DNA of 64,000 bases, from NCBI GenBank assembly GCA_046292055.1, contig JBKBRQ010000001.1, forward strand, positions 24,108 through 88,107, read 5' to 3'. Position 1 is the stretch's first letter, and every line of letters begins with the position of its first letter. Of the stretch, positions 27,913 to 38,795 are shown piece by piece. The translations under genes and the position numbers were made by a program. The stretch comes from Spirosomataceae bacterium (lineage in GTDB: Bacteria; Bacteroidota; Bacteroidia; Cytophagales; Spirosomataceae). The notes beneath the pieces were generated by a model. The model was not told the origin of the DNA. It did not search any database and was given only the letters and a program-made list of their open reading frames with translations.

Positions 27913-28356
27913 TTAGGCTTCTGTTTCAAGGATGTTAATTTTTTGAATTTTGTCTCCCTGTTTAATTAAATCGACAATATCAATGCCTTCCACTACTTTT
28001 CCGAAACACGTATGATTTCTATCTAAATGCGCTGTGTTTTGGCGATTGTGGCAAATGAAAAATTGTGAACCACCTGTATTTCTACCTCGGTGTGCCATAG
28101 ATAATACACCCCTGTCGTGGTACTGGTTTCCACCATCAAGTTCACAAGGAATTGTATATCCAGGTCCACCGGCGCCAGTTCCGGTTGGGTCTCCTCCTTG
28201 AATCATGAAATTGGGTATAACACGGTGAAAGGTTATACCGTCATAATATCCCTCTTTTGCTAATTTGATGAAGTTTTCGACAGCAATTGGTGTGTCATTT
28301 TCATAAAATTCAATAATCATGGTTCCTTTATCAGTTACCATTTCTGCTTTTCTCAT
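27913..28356 (-). CDS. peptidylprolyl isomerase, cyclophilin type
   Basis: FHRVIPNFMIQGGDPTGTG and SMAHRGRNTGGSQFFI. Confidence 0.95.
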   Translation of the reverse strand: MRKAEMVTDKGTMIIEFYENDTPIAVENFIKLAKEGYYDGITFHRVIPNFMIQGGDPTGTGAGGPGYTIPCELDGGNQYHDRGVLSMAHRGRNTGGSQFFICHNRQNTAHLDRNHTCFGKVVEGIDIVDLIKQGDKIQKINILETEA

Positions 28357-28372
28357 TTCAAAATATTTAGGT

Positions 28373-29032
28373 TTAATTTAATTCTGCTATAACTGTTTCT
28401 CCTCCGATTGGTTTGTCATCTAATTTAACCAAAACTTTAGCATCTAGTGGTAAATATATGTCAATTCTAGATCCAAACTTAATAAACCCGAATTCACTCC
28501 CTTGTTCTACCTCTTTACCTTCTTCTACATACCAACAAATTCTTCTTGCTAATGCTCCCGCAATTTGTCTAAATAGAACTTCTGTTCCATTAGGATGTTT
28601 CGTAACAATAGTTGTTCGTTCATTTTCAGTGCTCGACTTTGGGTGCCAAGCAACTAAATACTTACCTGGATGATATTTAAAATACGAAATTATTCCTGAT
28701 AAAGGGTTAAAGTTAATGTGGACATTAAATGGCGACATAAATATGGAAATTTGTTTCCTCTTGTCTTTAAAATATTCTCCTTCATAAACTTCCTCAATTA
28801 CAACTACTTTTCCGTCAGCTGGTGCTATAATTTGATTTACATTTTGTATTGTTTTTCTAACGGGTTTACGAAAGAATTGCAGAACGACTAAAAATAATAC
28901 AATGCTTAGTATCCCGATAGAAGTGACAAACCATTGAGGAAACGAACTGTAAAACCGTAATAATGTGTTGATAATAGTTAGTCCAAAAATACTTATTAGT
29001 AATGTTGCTGTACCTTCTTTATGAATAGTCAT
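28373..29032 (-). CDS. psd: phosphatidylserine decarboxylase proenzyme (short form)
   Basis: Two N-terminal TM helices and FGFIKFGSRIDIYLP (G-S processing site). Confidence 0.9.
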   Translation of the reverse strand: MTIHKEGTATLLISIFGLTIINTLLRFYSSFPQWFVTSIGILSIVLFLVVLQFFRKPVRKTIQNVNQIIAPADGKVVVIEEVYEGEYFKDKRKQISIFMSPFNVHINFNPLSGIISYFKYHPGKYLVAWHPKSSTENERTTIVTKHPNGTEVLFRQIAGALARRICWYVEEGKEVEQGSEFGFIKFGSRIDIYLPLDAKVLVKLDDKPIGGETVIAELN

Positions 29033-29167
29033 ACGAATGAGGGTTTATGGTTTCAGACTACAAATATAAAGATATTGCCTCCTTTACAGGTAATCTTACG
29101 TTATTTTTACAGTTTTAATATGAATGGGGTTTTTAAAAGTTAAGTATGCTGGATATAATTTATGACA

Positions 29168-29183
29168 TGTTTCACGTGAAAAG
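29168..29183. promoter_or_regulatory. parS-like site TGTTTCACGTGAAAAG (14/16)
   Basis: Intergenic between divergent psd and the 830-aa membrane protein gene. The left half and core are perfect, with two mismatches at the right end. Confidence 0.5.
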
Positions 29184-29213
29184 GCAAATATATCCTTAAA
29201 TAAATACTATATA

Positions 29214-31706
29214 ATGAGAGAAAAAAAACTTAAAAATGTACTTACGAGTGTGGTTCTCGTCACAATCTCAAGTGTACTCTTATACTTTAATTACCAGACA
29301 ATTGATGACTTAATTGGCTGGAATAATGTAAGCGAATTAAGAAATACGCAAATCATTGAAAAATTTGCTTTGGATAGTTTAAATAAATGGGAAGTACCAC
29401 TTCCTCTTTATTATGTGTTCGAATATTATTTGCCTAAGCAAATCCCTAGATACGAATGGCTAAACTATTTCGTAGCATGTACCTTTATAATTGGTACAAT
29501 GGGCACACTATACTATACCTTGAAAATTTCAAATAAATACTCATTTATTTTATTTATCACAGTGTTAGTTGCTTGGACATTGAGTCTAAATGTAGAAAAC
29601 ATCATAGGAACTGCAAGAAATGGAGCGTTTTTAATCTTATTTATGCCGATAGCTATCGCTAGTTATTGCATACAAACATTTAGCAGTTTTCAGCGAAAAT
29701 CACTCTTGATTTGGTCAACGCTCACAGTTATTTTAATACTTCTGTTAGTTTACTTCGGACAAATAGATCATGCAAATATTGTAAGTGTAATAATTAATCC
29801 TTTTTACTTTTATCTTACTCTAAGTATTGGTTTTATCTTTTTATTGTCCAACACTGTCTTTGAGTTTTTAGTCCAGACTATTTCATCAAGTACTTCTGCT
29901 AAAGGTATAAGTTATTGGAAGAAAATAGTCGTGGTATTTTTAATTTACCTATCAAATGTAGTGATTTTGTATGCACAGGAAGCAAAGTTTATAGAGGTAC
30001 AACAAAGAGTATTCACACCAATAACTCTTGTTGTTATATCATTACTGATTATCATTTGGAGTCTTAAAAGTTGGAAAAATAACACAAAGCTACTTTTTTG
30101 GAGTACGTTAATGATAATGGCTACGCTCCAAATATATATGACTTTGTATGTTCATGAGGCATTCCAAGAGTTTATCGCAGAATATATAACTATTGCGTAT
30201 ATGCTAGTTCCAACAGCATATCTAATTTATCTTTTACTTAATTTTTATCCAATTATAAATCAAGGCTTACCTGTACATAAAGTTATTCATAAACCAGTAA
30301 ATGTTTCGTGGCTTCTTCCACAAGTAGGAGCAGGTTTTGCTATTATATTTTTTCTTTCTTTCAAAAACGGATATTCTGTTAATCAAATTATTGCCACAAA
30401 AAATAGCTTAATGGCTGATTTTTACCTAGAAAAAAAGGAAGAAAATATCGCAGAAACATTTCTTAAAACTAGTATCGCGTATGATTTATACAATCATAGG
30501 GCAAATTATGTATTGGGAGGGTTGGCAGATAAATACGGAGATAAGTCGGCAAGTATATATTACTATAAAAAGGCAATTCAAAAATACCATACAGCCCACA
30601 GTTATATCGCATTAGCCCAAGTATTAGAAAATGAAAATTTATTTTTTGATGCTTTATTTGATCTATCAAAGGGAAATACATTCAATACAACTTCAAATCA
30701 ATTAGCTACATATCAGGCGAAGTTGTATGATAAAATAAATAATCAGGATAGTACATATATTTATCTGCAAAAAGCAAGTAAAATTTGTTCATCATGTGAG
30801 ATTGAACAAATGAATGATGTCAGCTTTTGGGTGAAAAATGGAACAGAAAAGAAAAAAAAGAATCTGATAAAAGATATAAGAAACCTAGATTTATCTAAAA
30901 GTCACCCTAATTTAAGTGCAATTACTGTACTCTCCGGAAGTATTCATACAAAAGAAAACGACTTTATATTGAAAAGTGAAGTATTAAGTGTACTTGACTT
31001 TGCGATTTTATTCAATCGAATTTCAAATAGGAATGATTTGTATAAATTAAGTCCAGAAAAGATGAAAAGTATTGTAGAAAATCCACTAAATGAGCAGTTT
31101 GCCTCTGAATTAATGTTTATCGAAGCTATTAATTTATATAAATATGGCAAAAAAACGGATGCTATCTCAAAATTAGTTCAACTGAATACATTGGCAAAAG
31201 AGAAAACAAATATACACGGAAATGTAGCCTTCGGTTTGTTATTTGAAGAAGCGGCGTTTGAGGTAATAAAGGAAAAACTGGGAACTTATATTCCTGAAGA
31301 AAAACAAAAATGGTTGATTGAACCAGATATTGTAGAAGTATTTAAGAAGAAGAATAAGGAAAAGTATGAGAATTTAAAAAATATACATGAACGAAAGGAA
31401 ATAAACATAGATTCACTTTATCAACAAGCACCATACAATACAGATTGGATAATTTATCTGGTGAATAAATCAGAAAAAGAATATGGGAAAGAACGTGCAT
31501 ATCGGTTCTTGGTGAGTACACTTGAAAATAATCCACATGAAAGTCTATTATGGAAACTGTATGTGGAAAAAAGTATTGAAATGAATTTATTGAGTTACGC
31601 GGAAGATGGTATTTATGAATTAGAAAAATTAGGTGCAGAGACTGATTTTGTAAAGGAAACCAAGAAGACAATAAAATCTATAAAAGAATCGAATACTTTC
31701 AAATAG
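29214..31706 (+). CDS. polytopic membrane protein (about 10-12 TM helices) with C-terminal TPR-like helical domain, unknown function
   Basis: The hydrophobic N-terminal ~400 aa are followed by a soluble helical-repeat region (YYKKAIQKYHTAHSYIALAQVLE...). Confidence 0.7.
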   Translation: MREKKLKNVLTSVVLVTISSVLLYFNYQTIDDLIGWNNVSELRNTQIIEKFALDSLNKWEVPLPLYYVFEYYLPKQIPRYEWLNYFVACTFIIGTMGTLYYTLKISNKYSFILFITVLVAWTLSLNVENIIGTARNGAFLILFMPIAIASYCIQTFSSFQRKSLLIWSTLTVILILLLVYFGQIDHANIVSVIINPFYFYLTLSIGFIFLLSNTVFEFLVQTISSSTSAKGISYWKKIVVVFLIYLSNVVILYAQEAKFIEVQQRVFTPITLVVISLLIIIWSLKSWKNNTKLLFWSTLMIMATLQIYMTLYVHEAFQEFIAEYITIAYMLVPTAYLIYLLLNFYPIINQGLPVHKVIHKPVNVSWLLPQVGAGFAIIFFLSFKNGYSVNQIIATKNSLMADFYLEKKEENIAETFLKTSIAYDLYNHRANYVLGGLADKYGDKSASIYYYKKAIQKYHTAHSYIALAQVLENENLFFDALFDLSKGNTFNTTSNQLATYQAKLYDKINNQDSTYIYLQKASKICSSCEIEQMNDVSFWVKNGTEKKKKNLIKDIRNLDLSKSHPNLSAITVLSGSIHTKENDFILKSEVLSVLDFAILFNRISNRNDLYKLSPEKMKSIVENPLNEQFASELMFIEAINLYKYGKKTDAISKLVQLNTLAKEKTNIHGNVAFGLLFEEAAFEVIKEKLGTYIPEEKQKWLIEPDIVEVFKKKNKEKYENLKNIHERKEINIDSLYQQAPYNTDWIIYLVNKSEKEYGKERAYRFLVSTLENNPHESLLWKLYVEKSIEMNLLSYAEDGIYELEKLGAETDFVKETKKTIKSIKESNTFK

Positions 31707-31795
31707 AAAGAAATCCATTAATATACAATATAAACCACTTTCATAAAGATTAAGCGCGTTGATATAAATTAAATAGCACACCGAAAGGAAGTTAG

Positions 31796-31803
31796 TAAGT
31801 TTG
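31796..31803 (+). promoter_or_regulatory. -7 box TAagTTTG (promoter of ABC ATPase gene)
   Basis: Exact TAnnTTTG, 19 nt upstream of the GTG start. Confidence 0.4.
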
Positions 31804-31822
31804 TTATCTAAATGAGTGAAAA

Positions 31823-32560
31823 GTGAAAATAATTGAAACAAAAAATATCTCCAAGAGATATGTAATGGGTACAGAGATAGTTGACGCACTAAAGTCTATC
31901 TCAATAACTATTGAAAAAGGAGAATATGTAGCATTTATGGGGCCTTCAGGCTCTGGAAAGTCAACCTTAATGAATATTATAGGTTGCTTAGATTCACCAA
32001 CGTCTGGTAACTATATATTGAACAACAAAGATGTCAGTTCAATGTCAGAAGGAGAATTGGCAGATGTGCGGAACAAAGAAATTGGCTTTGTTTTTCAAAC
32101 ATTCAATTTATTACCTAGGCAAAGTTCTCTTGAAAACGTGGCATTGCCTTTAATATATGCAGGATTTAATAAACGAGACCGTACTGAGAGAGCACAACAA
32201 GTGTTACAAAGTGTTGGGTTGGGAGAAAGGTCTATGCATAAACCAAATGAACTGTCTGGTGGTCAAAGACAAAGGGTTGCAGTTGCGCGCGCATTGGTCA
32301 ATAACCCAAGTATACTTCTTGCTGATGAGCCAACGGGTAATTTGGATACACGTACTTCGTATGAAATTATGGGCTTATTTGAAGAAATTCATGCAAAGGG
32401 GAATACAATTATCATGGTAACACACGAGGAGGATATTGCAAATTATGCGCATAGAATTATACGATTAAGAGATGGGTTAATAGAGTCAGACACAAGAAAC
32501 CCGAACCCAACAAATCCAAAAAAAATGGCAGAGGAGTTAAACAAAAAACTTTCGAACTAA
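31823..32560 (+). CDS. ABC transporter ATP-binding protein (MacB/LolD-like), GTG start
   Basis: Walker [10 protein letters not shown], signature LSGGQRQR, Walker [13 protein letters not shown]. No permease gene is adjacent. Confidence 0.93.
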   Translation: MKIIETKNISKRYVMGTEIVDALKSISITIEKGEYVAFMGPSGSGKSTLMNIIGCLDSPTSGNYILNNKDVSSMSEGELADVRNKEIGFVFQTFNLLPRQSSLENVALPLIYAGFNKRDRTERAQQVLQSVGLGERSMHKPNELSGGQRQRVAVARALVNNPSILLADEPTGNLDTRTSYEIMGLFEEIHAKGNTIIMVTHEEDIANYAHRIIRLRDGLIESDTRNPNPTNPKKMAEELNKKLSN

Positions 32561-32593
32561 ATTTATCGTTTATATCAAAAAAATATAATTCAA

Positions 32594-33091
32594 ATGAAAA
32601 GTATCCTAGTAACCCTATTGACAGTAATATTTGCTGTAACGAGCACAATAGCACAAAAAGCGCCAGCAAGCCCTAAAGTTGTAGCTGAAAGTCAAAATAC
32701 TGTAATTACATACGGGCAACCTTCCAAAAAAGACAGAGAAATTTTTGGTAAGCTTGTTCCATACGGCCAAATTTGGAGAACAGGCGCCAACGAAGCAACG
32801 ACTGTTCAGTTTAAAAAAGACGTTACTTTTGGCGGAAAGAAAGTGAAAGCAGGCACGTATTCCTTGTTTACAATTCCGACAGAAAGTGAGTGGACAATTA
32901 TTCTTAACTCAGAATTAGGACAGTGGGGTGCATATAAATACAATGATATCAAGAAAAGTAATGTGGCAGAAGTTAAGGTAAAGGCGACTAGTCAGTCGGC
33001 AACTTTAGAGAAGTTAACAATTACAACAGACGATAAAAACATTACAATTGGTTGGGATAAAACATCTGTATCTGTGGATACAAAATTCTAA
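32594..33091 (+). CDS. DUF2911-like secreted protein
   Basis: Signal peptide, and the GQIWRTGANEATT motif that I associate with DUF2911. Confidence 0.65.
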   Translation: MKSILVTLLTVIFAVTSTIAQKAPASPKVVAESQNTVITYGQPSKKDREIFGKLVPYGQIWRTGANEATTVQFKKDVTFGGKKVKAGTYSLFTIPTESEWTIILNSELGQWGAYKYNDIKKSNVAEVKVKATSQSATLEKLTITTDDKNITIGWDKTSVSVDTKF

Positions 33092-33112
33092 GTTATCCTT
33101 AGTTTTAAAACC

Positions 33113-33150
33113 AAAAAGAGGCGGAGTAACACATTACTCCGCCTCTTTTT
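33113..33150. terminator. bidirectional intrinsic terminator (AAAAAGAGGCGGAGTAA / TTACTCCGCCTCTTTTT)
   Basis: GC-rich 12-bp core stem flanked by A- and T-tracts, between convergent genes. Confidence 0.85.
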
Positions 33151-33168
33151 GTGAAATTAAGCTCAAAT

Positions 33169-34110
33169 TTAGTGTACACGAACGTTGACATTCTGAACAT
33201 AATCAGCGTACACTTGTTCGATACCTGATTTCAAGGAAATAGACGCTTCCCAGCCAAGTTCGCGCAATTTGGATACGTCCATTAATTTTCTTGGTGTGCC
33301 ATCAGGTTTACTCGTATTCCAAACAATTTCACCTTTAAAACCTACAACCTCTTGAATTGTCTCAGCCAATTCGCGGATAGTTACATCTACTCCCGTTCCG
33401 ATATTGACAAGTGTTGAATCATGGTAATGTAACATAAGAAAATAGCAAGCGGAGGCAAGGTCGTCGGCATGTAAAAACTCACGCATAGGCTTGCCAGAGC
33501 CCCAAACTTCTACAGACGAGGAATTATTCGTTTTTGCTTCATGAAACTTACGAATCAGAGCAGGAAGCACATGAGAGTTATTCAAATCATAATTATCATT
33601 TGGACCAAATAAGTTGGTAGGCATCACAGATATGAAATTGCAACCATATTGGCTTCTATATGCTTCACACATTTTGATTCCCGCAATTTTAGCAATAGCG
33701 TAAGGCTCATTTGTTTCTTCCAATGTGCCTGTTAAAAGATATTCTTCTTTTAATGGTTGAGGGGCTAGTTTGGGATAAATGCAAGAAGAGCCTAAAAATA
33801 AGAGCTTTTTAACTCCATGTAGATAAGACTGATGAATAATATTATTCTGAATCTGAATATTATCGTAGATAAACTCTGCTCGATATGTATTATTGGCATG
33901 AATTCCGCCTACTTTAGCTGCAGCTAAAAAAACATAATCTGGTTTTTCCGTTTCAAAAAAATGAGCCACAGCCGCTTGGTTTCGCAAATCAAGTTCTGAA
34001 GACGTACGGAAAACAAAATGAGAGTAACCCTCAGATAAAAGTTTTCTATGAATGGCAGAACCGACCATCCCACGGTGACCGGCAATGTATATTTTGGCTG
34101 ATTTTTCCAA
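33169..34110 (-). CDS. fcl: GDP-L-fucose synthase
   Basis: [14 protein letters not shown] Rossmann motif, and YAIAKIAG (YxxxK). Confidence 0.92.
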   Translation of the reverse strand: MEKSAKIYIAGHRGMVGSAIHRKLLSEGYSHFVFRTSSELDLRNQAAVAHFFETEKPDYVFLAAAKVGGIHANNTYRAEFIYDNIQIQNNIIHQSYLHGVKKLLFLGSSCIYPKLAPQPLKEEYLLTGTLEETNEPYAIAKIAGIKMCEAYRSQYGCNFISVMPTNLFGPNDNYDLNNSHVLPALIRKFHEAKTNNSSSVEVWGSGKPMREFLHADDLASACYFLMLHYHDSTLVNIGTGVDVTIRELAETIQEVVGFKGEIVWNTSKPDGTPRKLMDVSKLRELGWEASISLKSGIEQVYADYVQNVNVRVH

Positions 34111-34171
34111 TTTTTTGTTAATTTGTAGCGTTTTACAAAGATTACGCGAATTTACGACACCTTATTCTAAA

Positions 34172-35125
34172 ATGAAAAATAAAGTAATTATATGTGCGCT
34201 TCTGCTTTTAAACTCTGGGGGGGAACTGCATAGTCAATCTACTATACCAAAACCAAAAACGAGGGAAGAAATTCGAGCTGAACGTAAAAAAATGACTATT
34301 GAACAGAAAATTGAGAGTATTTTACCTGTTGATGTTGATTTACCAAGTTTGAAAATGAATGGGGAGAAGGCAGATATACAGTCGGTTGACGACGCAAAAA
34401 AGTTTATCAAAGAAACAATTCCCGGCATTGGTCAAAAAGCAAAGGATAAAGTAAAAAAAACGGTTGACAAAGGGGAAGAAATATTGACAGTTTTTGATGG
34501 TAAAAAATACAAGGGTATACCCATATCAAAACAGGTAATCAAACAAGGTACTGGCGCACGTTTTCGTTACACAGAATTTTACACCTTGAAAACCTTTCAA
34601 TCCCCAAATCCTTACATCAGAGAACTACATTGGATGGACACCAAGACAAAAAAAGTTGTAACGGGGATTGGTAGAGATAGAAATAGATATGTCCTATTAC
34701 ATGGTCCTTACCAAGAATATATAGGTGAGGTTTTAATACAAGAAGCAAATTACTATTTAGGTGCAAAGGATGGTAGATGGCTTACGCATGACAGAAATAA
34801 TATCCTTCTAGACAAAGAATATTGGCAAGAAGGATTTTTAGAGGAATCAGAAAAAACGTTCTACGATAGTTCCAAAACAAAATTAAAGGAAGTTATTCCG
34901 ATAAAATTTGGCGAAAAAAATGGTAAGTACTATGCGTATCATCCGGAAGGAACTCTTTGGATGGAAGGAGAAATGCAAGATGGTCTGCGTGTAGGAAAAT
35001 GGATTGAGTATTATCCGCAAGGCAATAAAAGGAAGCGTGAATTAGAATACACAAAAGAAGGAAACGAAGAAAAAGTACTTCGTGAATACGACGAGAAAGG
35101 TAAAATAGTATTCGAATTAAAATAG
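34172..35125 (+). CDS. secreted MORN-variant repeat protein (YwqK-like repeats)
   Basis: Signal peptide MKNKVIICALLLL, and repeated G-x-W/Y-x-Y-Y-x-x-G-type motifs (DGRWLTHD, NGKYYAYHPEG, VGKWIEYYPQG). The ATG at 34172 is chosen. Confidence 0.7.
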   Translation: MKNKVIICALLLLNSGGELHSQSTIPKPKTREEIRAERKKMTIEQKIESILPVDVDLPSLKMNGEKADIQSVDDAKKFIKETIPGIGQKAKDKVKKTVDKGEEILTVFDGKKYKGIPISKQVIKQGTGARFRYTEFYTLKTFQSPNPYIRELHWMDTKTKKVVTGIGRDRNRYVLLHGPYQEYIGEVLIQEANYYLGAKDGRWLTHDRNNILLDKEYWQEGFLEESEKTFYDSSKTKLKEVIPIKFGEKNGKYYAYHPEGTLWMEGEMQDGLRVGKWIEYYPQGNKRKRELEYTKEGNEEKVLREYDEKGKIVFELK

Positions 35126-35281
35126 ATTGAAGGAAATAAAACCACTAGAAATAGACAAATGAAGTGATTTTTTAAAGGTTTACAAAACATAGATTCCATA
35201 TATTCTACAATAAAAAGGGCAAATTCTTTACTATTCTCTAAAAAAAATCCAATATAGATTTGCTTTATAGTGAATGTGTTA

Positions 35282-35289
35282 TAATTTTG
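35282..35289 (+). promoter_or_regulatory. -7 box TAatTTTG (atpD promoter)
   Basis: Exact TAnnTTTG, 45 nt upstream of the atpD ATG. Confidence 0.5.
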
Positions 35290-35318
35290 CAATCCAAAAA
35301 CTACGATTATTTTTCTAA

Positions 35319-36839
<1,521 letters not shown>

Positions 36840-36842
36840 TAA

Positions 36843-36868
36843 AAATCCCATCTTAACCGATGGGATTT
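36843..36868 (+). other. intercistronic stem-loop between atpD and atpC (AAATCCCATC / GATGGGATTT)
   Basis: 10-bp perfect stem with a 6-nt loop, with no U-tract after it. Confidence 0.5.
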
Positions 36869-36889
36869 CACGCTGAAAAGAGTATAAAT

Positions 36890-37132
36890 ATGCGCTTAGA
36901 AATAATTACTCCAGATAAAAAAGTATTCGAATGTGAAGTTGACTCTGTGATTCTCCCAGGGAATCAAGGCCAGTTTCAGTTGCTGAAAGATCACGCGCCA
37001 ATGGTCAGTACATTAGCTAAAGGTGACTTGTTCTACGAAGAAGCAGGTTCAAAAAAGTCGATGGTTGTAGATGGCGGTGTGGTAGAAGTATCCAAAAATA
37101 AAGTTTTGGTACTCGCTGAAGCAGTTCTTTGA
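36890..37132 (+). CDS. atpC: F0F1 ATP synthase subunit epsilon (short form)
   Basis: MRLEIITPDKKVF...VILPG..G.F.LL..HAP pattern. The ATG at 36890 is chosen. Confidence 0.9.
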   Translation: MRLEIITPDKKVFECEVDSVILPGNQGQFQLLKDHAPMVSTLAKGDLFYEEAGSKKSMVVDGGVVEVSKNKVLVLAEAVL

Positions 37133-37140
37133 AAAATATC

Positions 37141-37188
37141 AATCATAAAAAAAGCTCAATTCTGACCGAATTGAGCTTTTTTATGATT
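37141..37188. terminator. bidirectional intrinsic terminator (AAGCTCAATTC / GAATTGAGCTT within a longer palindrome)
   Basis: Long palindrome AATCATAAAAAAAGCTCAATT...AATTGAGCTTTTTTATGATT between convergent atpC and the acetyltransferase gene. Confidence 0.85.
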
Positions 37189-37195
37189 GATAGGC

Positions 37196-37834
37196 TTATT
37201 TTTTAATGTTTACAGCAGGATTTCCAAAGACAGTTTCTTTCTCTTTTACATCTGAAACTACTACAGAACCCGCACCAATTCGTGCGTTCTTCCCGATTTT
37301 TACACCACTAACTATAACTGCACCTGACCCGATGAACACGCCTTCTTCAATTTGAACTCCAGAATTAATGAGCGCGCCAGAGCCAACGTGTACAAAATCT
37401 GCTATTTCAACATTAGGATCTATGACAGAATTGCTAAGTAAAATGCAATGATTCCCAATACTAGCTCCGGCGTTTAAAACAACACCAGCAGCAATCAAAT
37501 TCCCATGGCCAATTATGGCTTCTTCAGAAATAAATGAACGAGGATGGATACCATTTACAGGCATGACCTTGCGTCTTTCAAGAAGTAATTTAACTATCGA
37601 CTTTCTATCAGCTAAGTGTGATATAGCCACAAATGCTTCTGTTTTATATCCAATTAATTTTAAAAAACCGTCATCATCTGTTTCCCCTAAAACGGTGACT
37701 TCACTTATTTCTTTGGTATGCAATTCTTTATTATCATCTAAAATTCCATAAATAAGAACTTCATTCTGATTGAAAATGTCGATAGCTAGTTTTCCTAATA
37801 CACCACCACCGAAAATTATAACTGGGTTTTTCAT
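37196..37834 (-). CDS. NeuD/PglB-family sugar O-acyltransferase (left-handed beta-helix)
   Basis: N-terminal IIFGGGVLGKLAID Rossmann-like segment followed by hexapeptide repeats (IG.G..I..GV.IG). Confidence 0.85.
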   Translation of the reverse strand: MKNPVIIFGGGVLGKLAIDIFNQNEVLIYGILDDNKELHTKEISEVTVLGETDDDGFLKLIGYKTEAFVAISHLADRKSIVKLLLERRKVMPVNGIHPRSFISEEAIIGHGNLIAAGVVLNAGASIGNHCILLSNSVIDPNVEIADFVHVGSGALINSGVQIEEGVFIGSGAVIVSGVKIGKNARIGAGSVVVSDVKEKETVFGNPAVNIKK

Positions 37835-37867
37835 TTTTTACTTTTCTTTAAATCACAAAGATACGGG

Positions 37868-38788
37868 TTACTTATTTTGCTTAAGCCAATCCAAGAATAA
37901 AATGTAATGCTCTTTGTATTTCTCTTGTGTCGTATTTAGTAAAATAGAAAGAGCAAATGGGATATGATTTGATTTATTACCACCATAAATCGAGGAATCA
38001 ATTTCTTGAAGTGCGTCCAATAGTCGCTGGTTTGGTATTTCTTGGAAAATTTCTTTTGTCGTGAAAGAAGTGTAAGGCTTTTTTTCCAACCATTCCATAT
38101 ATTCTTTCCATAAAACCAAGGACTTTACGATATTGTCGGTGTTTGTAAAATCTTTGGTTTGTTTCTTGAAAGAATTGGTGAAAACTTTATTTTTCCTGCT
38201 AAAAAGAAATAAATGATACTGTATTCGAATTCTTTTTCCCATAAAAGCATAAATAAAGAAAGCTATAGCTAGTAAAATAACCACACCTCGTAAAAAACCG
38301 AATAGATTAAAGTCCTTTGGGAGGTTCTCGATTACGGGGTATTTTTTAAGTGAAAAACTGCTTAATCCTGTTGCTTTAGGGAAATAAGTGTGAGTGTATA
38401 TACGATCATTTTTACTATATATCGCCAAGCTATCACCTGTAGGTTTCCTAGAGAAAACAGGCATCGAAAGGTCATGGTATGGACTAATATCAAAAGTAAC
38501 CAATGTGTAAACAATACTATCTGTACTTACATTATTTTGAGTACGCGTAGGGAAGAATGTTCGATTAATGATTTCAAATGGTGGAATTGAATAGGATTCA
38601 TCTGGAAAGAATACGTCCTCGTTTGGCGCATGTTTGTATGTCAAAGAATAATAAATAGGCTTTCCTATAAAAAGGCTATCGTCAATAAATTTACCATAAA
38701 CAGGGGCTACTTGGGCCTCTAGTTTGGGAGAGAACAAGCCAAAGGCAGTCAGTATAAGTATTGCAAAAAAATTACTTGGATGAAGCAT
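37868..38788 (-). CDS. hypothetical membrane protein (signal peptide, beta-rich periplasmic part, one TM, helical cytoplasmic tail)
   Basis: Sits 7 nt downstream of the DUF58 gene. The layout is reminiscent of BatD/DUF4381-type partners in MoxR-DUF58 operons, but no motif was recognised. Confidence 0.6.
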   Translation of the reverse strand: MLHPSNFFAILILTAFGLFSPKLEAQVAPVYGKFIDDSLFIGKPIYYSLTYKHAPNEDVFFPDESYSIPPFEIINRTFFPTRTQNNVSTDSIVYTLVTFDISPYHDLSMPVFSRKPTGDSLAIYSKNDRIYTHTYFPKATGLSSFSLKKYPVIENLPKDFNLFGFLRGVVILLAIAFFIYAFMGKRIRIQYHLFLFSRKNKVFTNSFKKQTKDFTNTDNIVKSLVLWKEYMEWLEKKPYTSFTTKEIFQEIPNQRLLDALQEIDSSIYGGNKSNHIPFALSILLNTTQEKYKEHYILFLDWLKQNK

Positions 38789-38795
38789 TTATTTA

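Noticed and set aside
34172-35125. YwqK-like MORN repeat protein considered as a possible antitoxin of a toxin-antitoxin or polymorphic-toxin system.
   Set aside because: It has a signal peptide and no adjacent toxin-like gene, and it is monocistronic between fcl and atpD. I read it as a secreted repeat protein, not a TA module.
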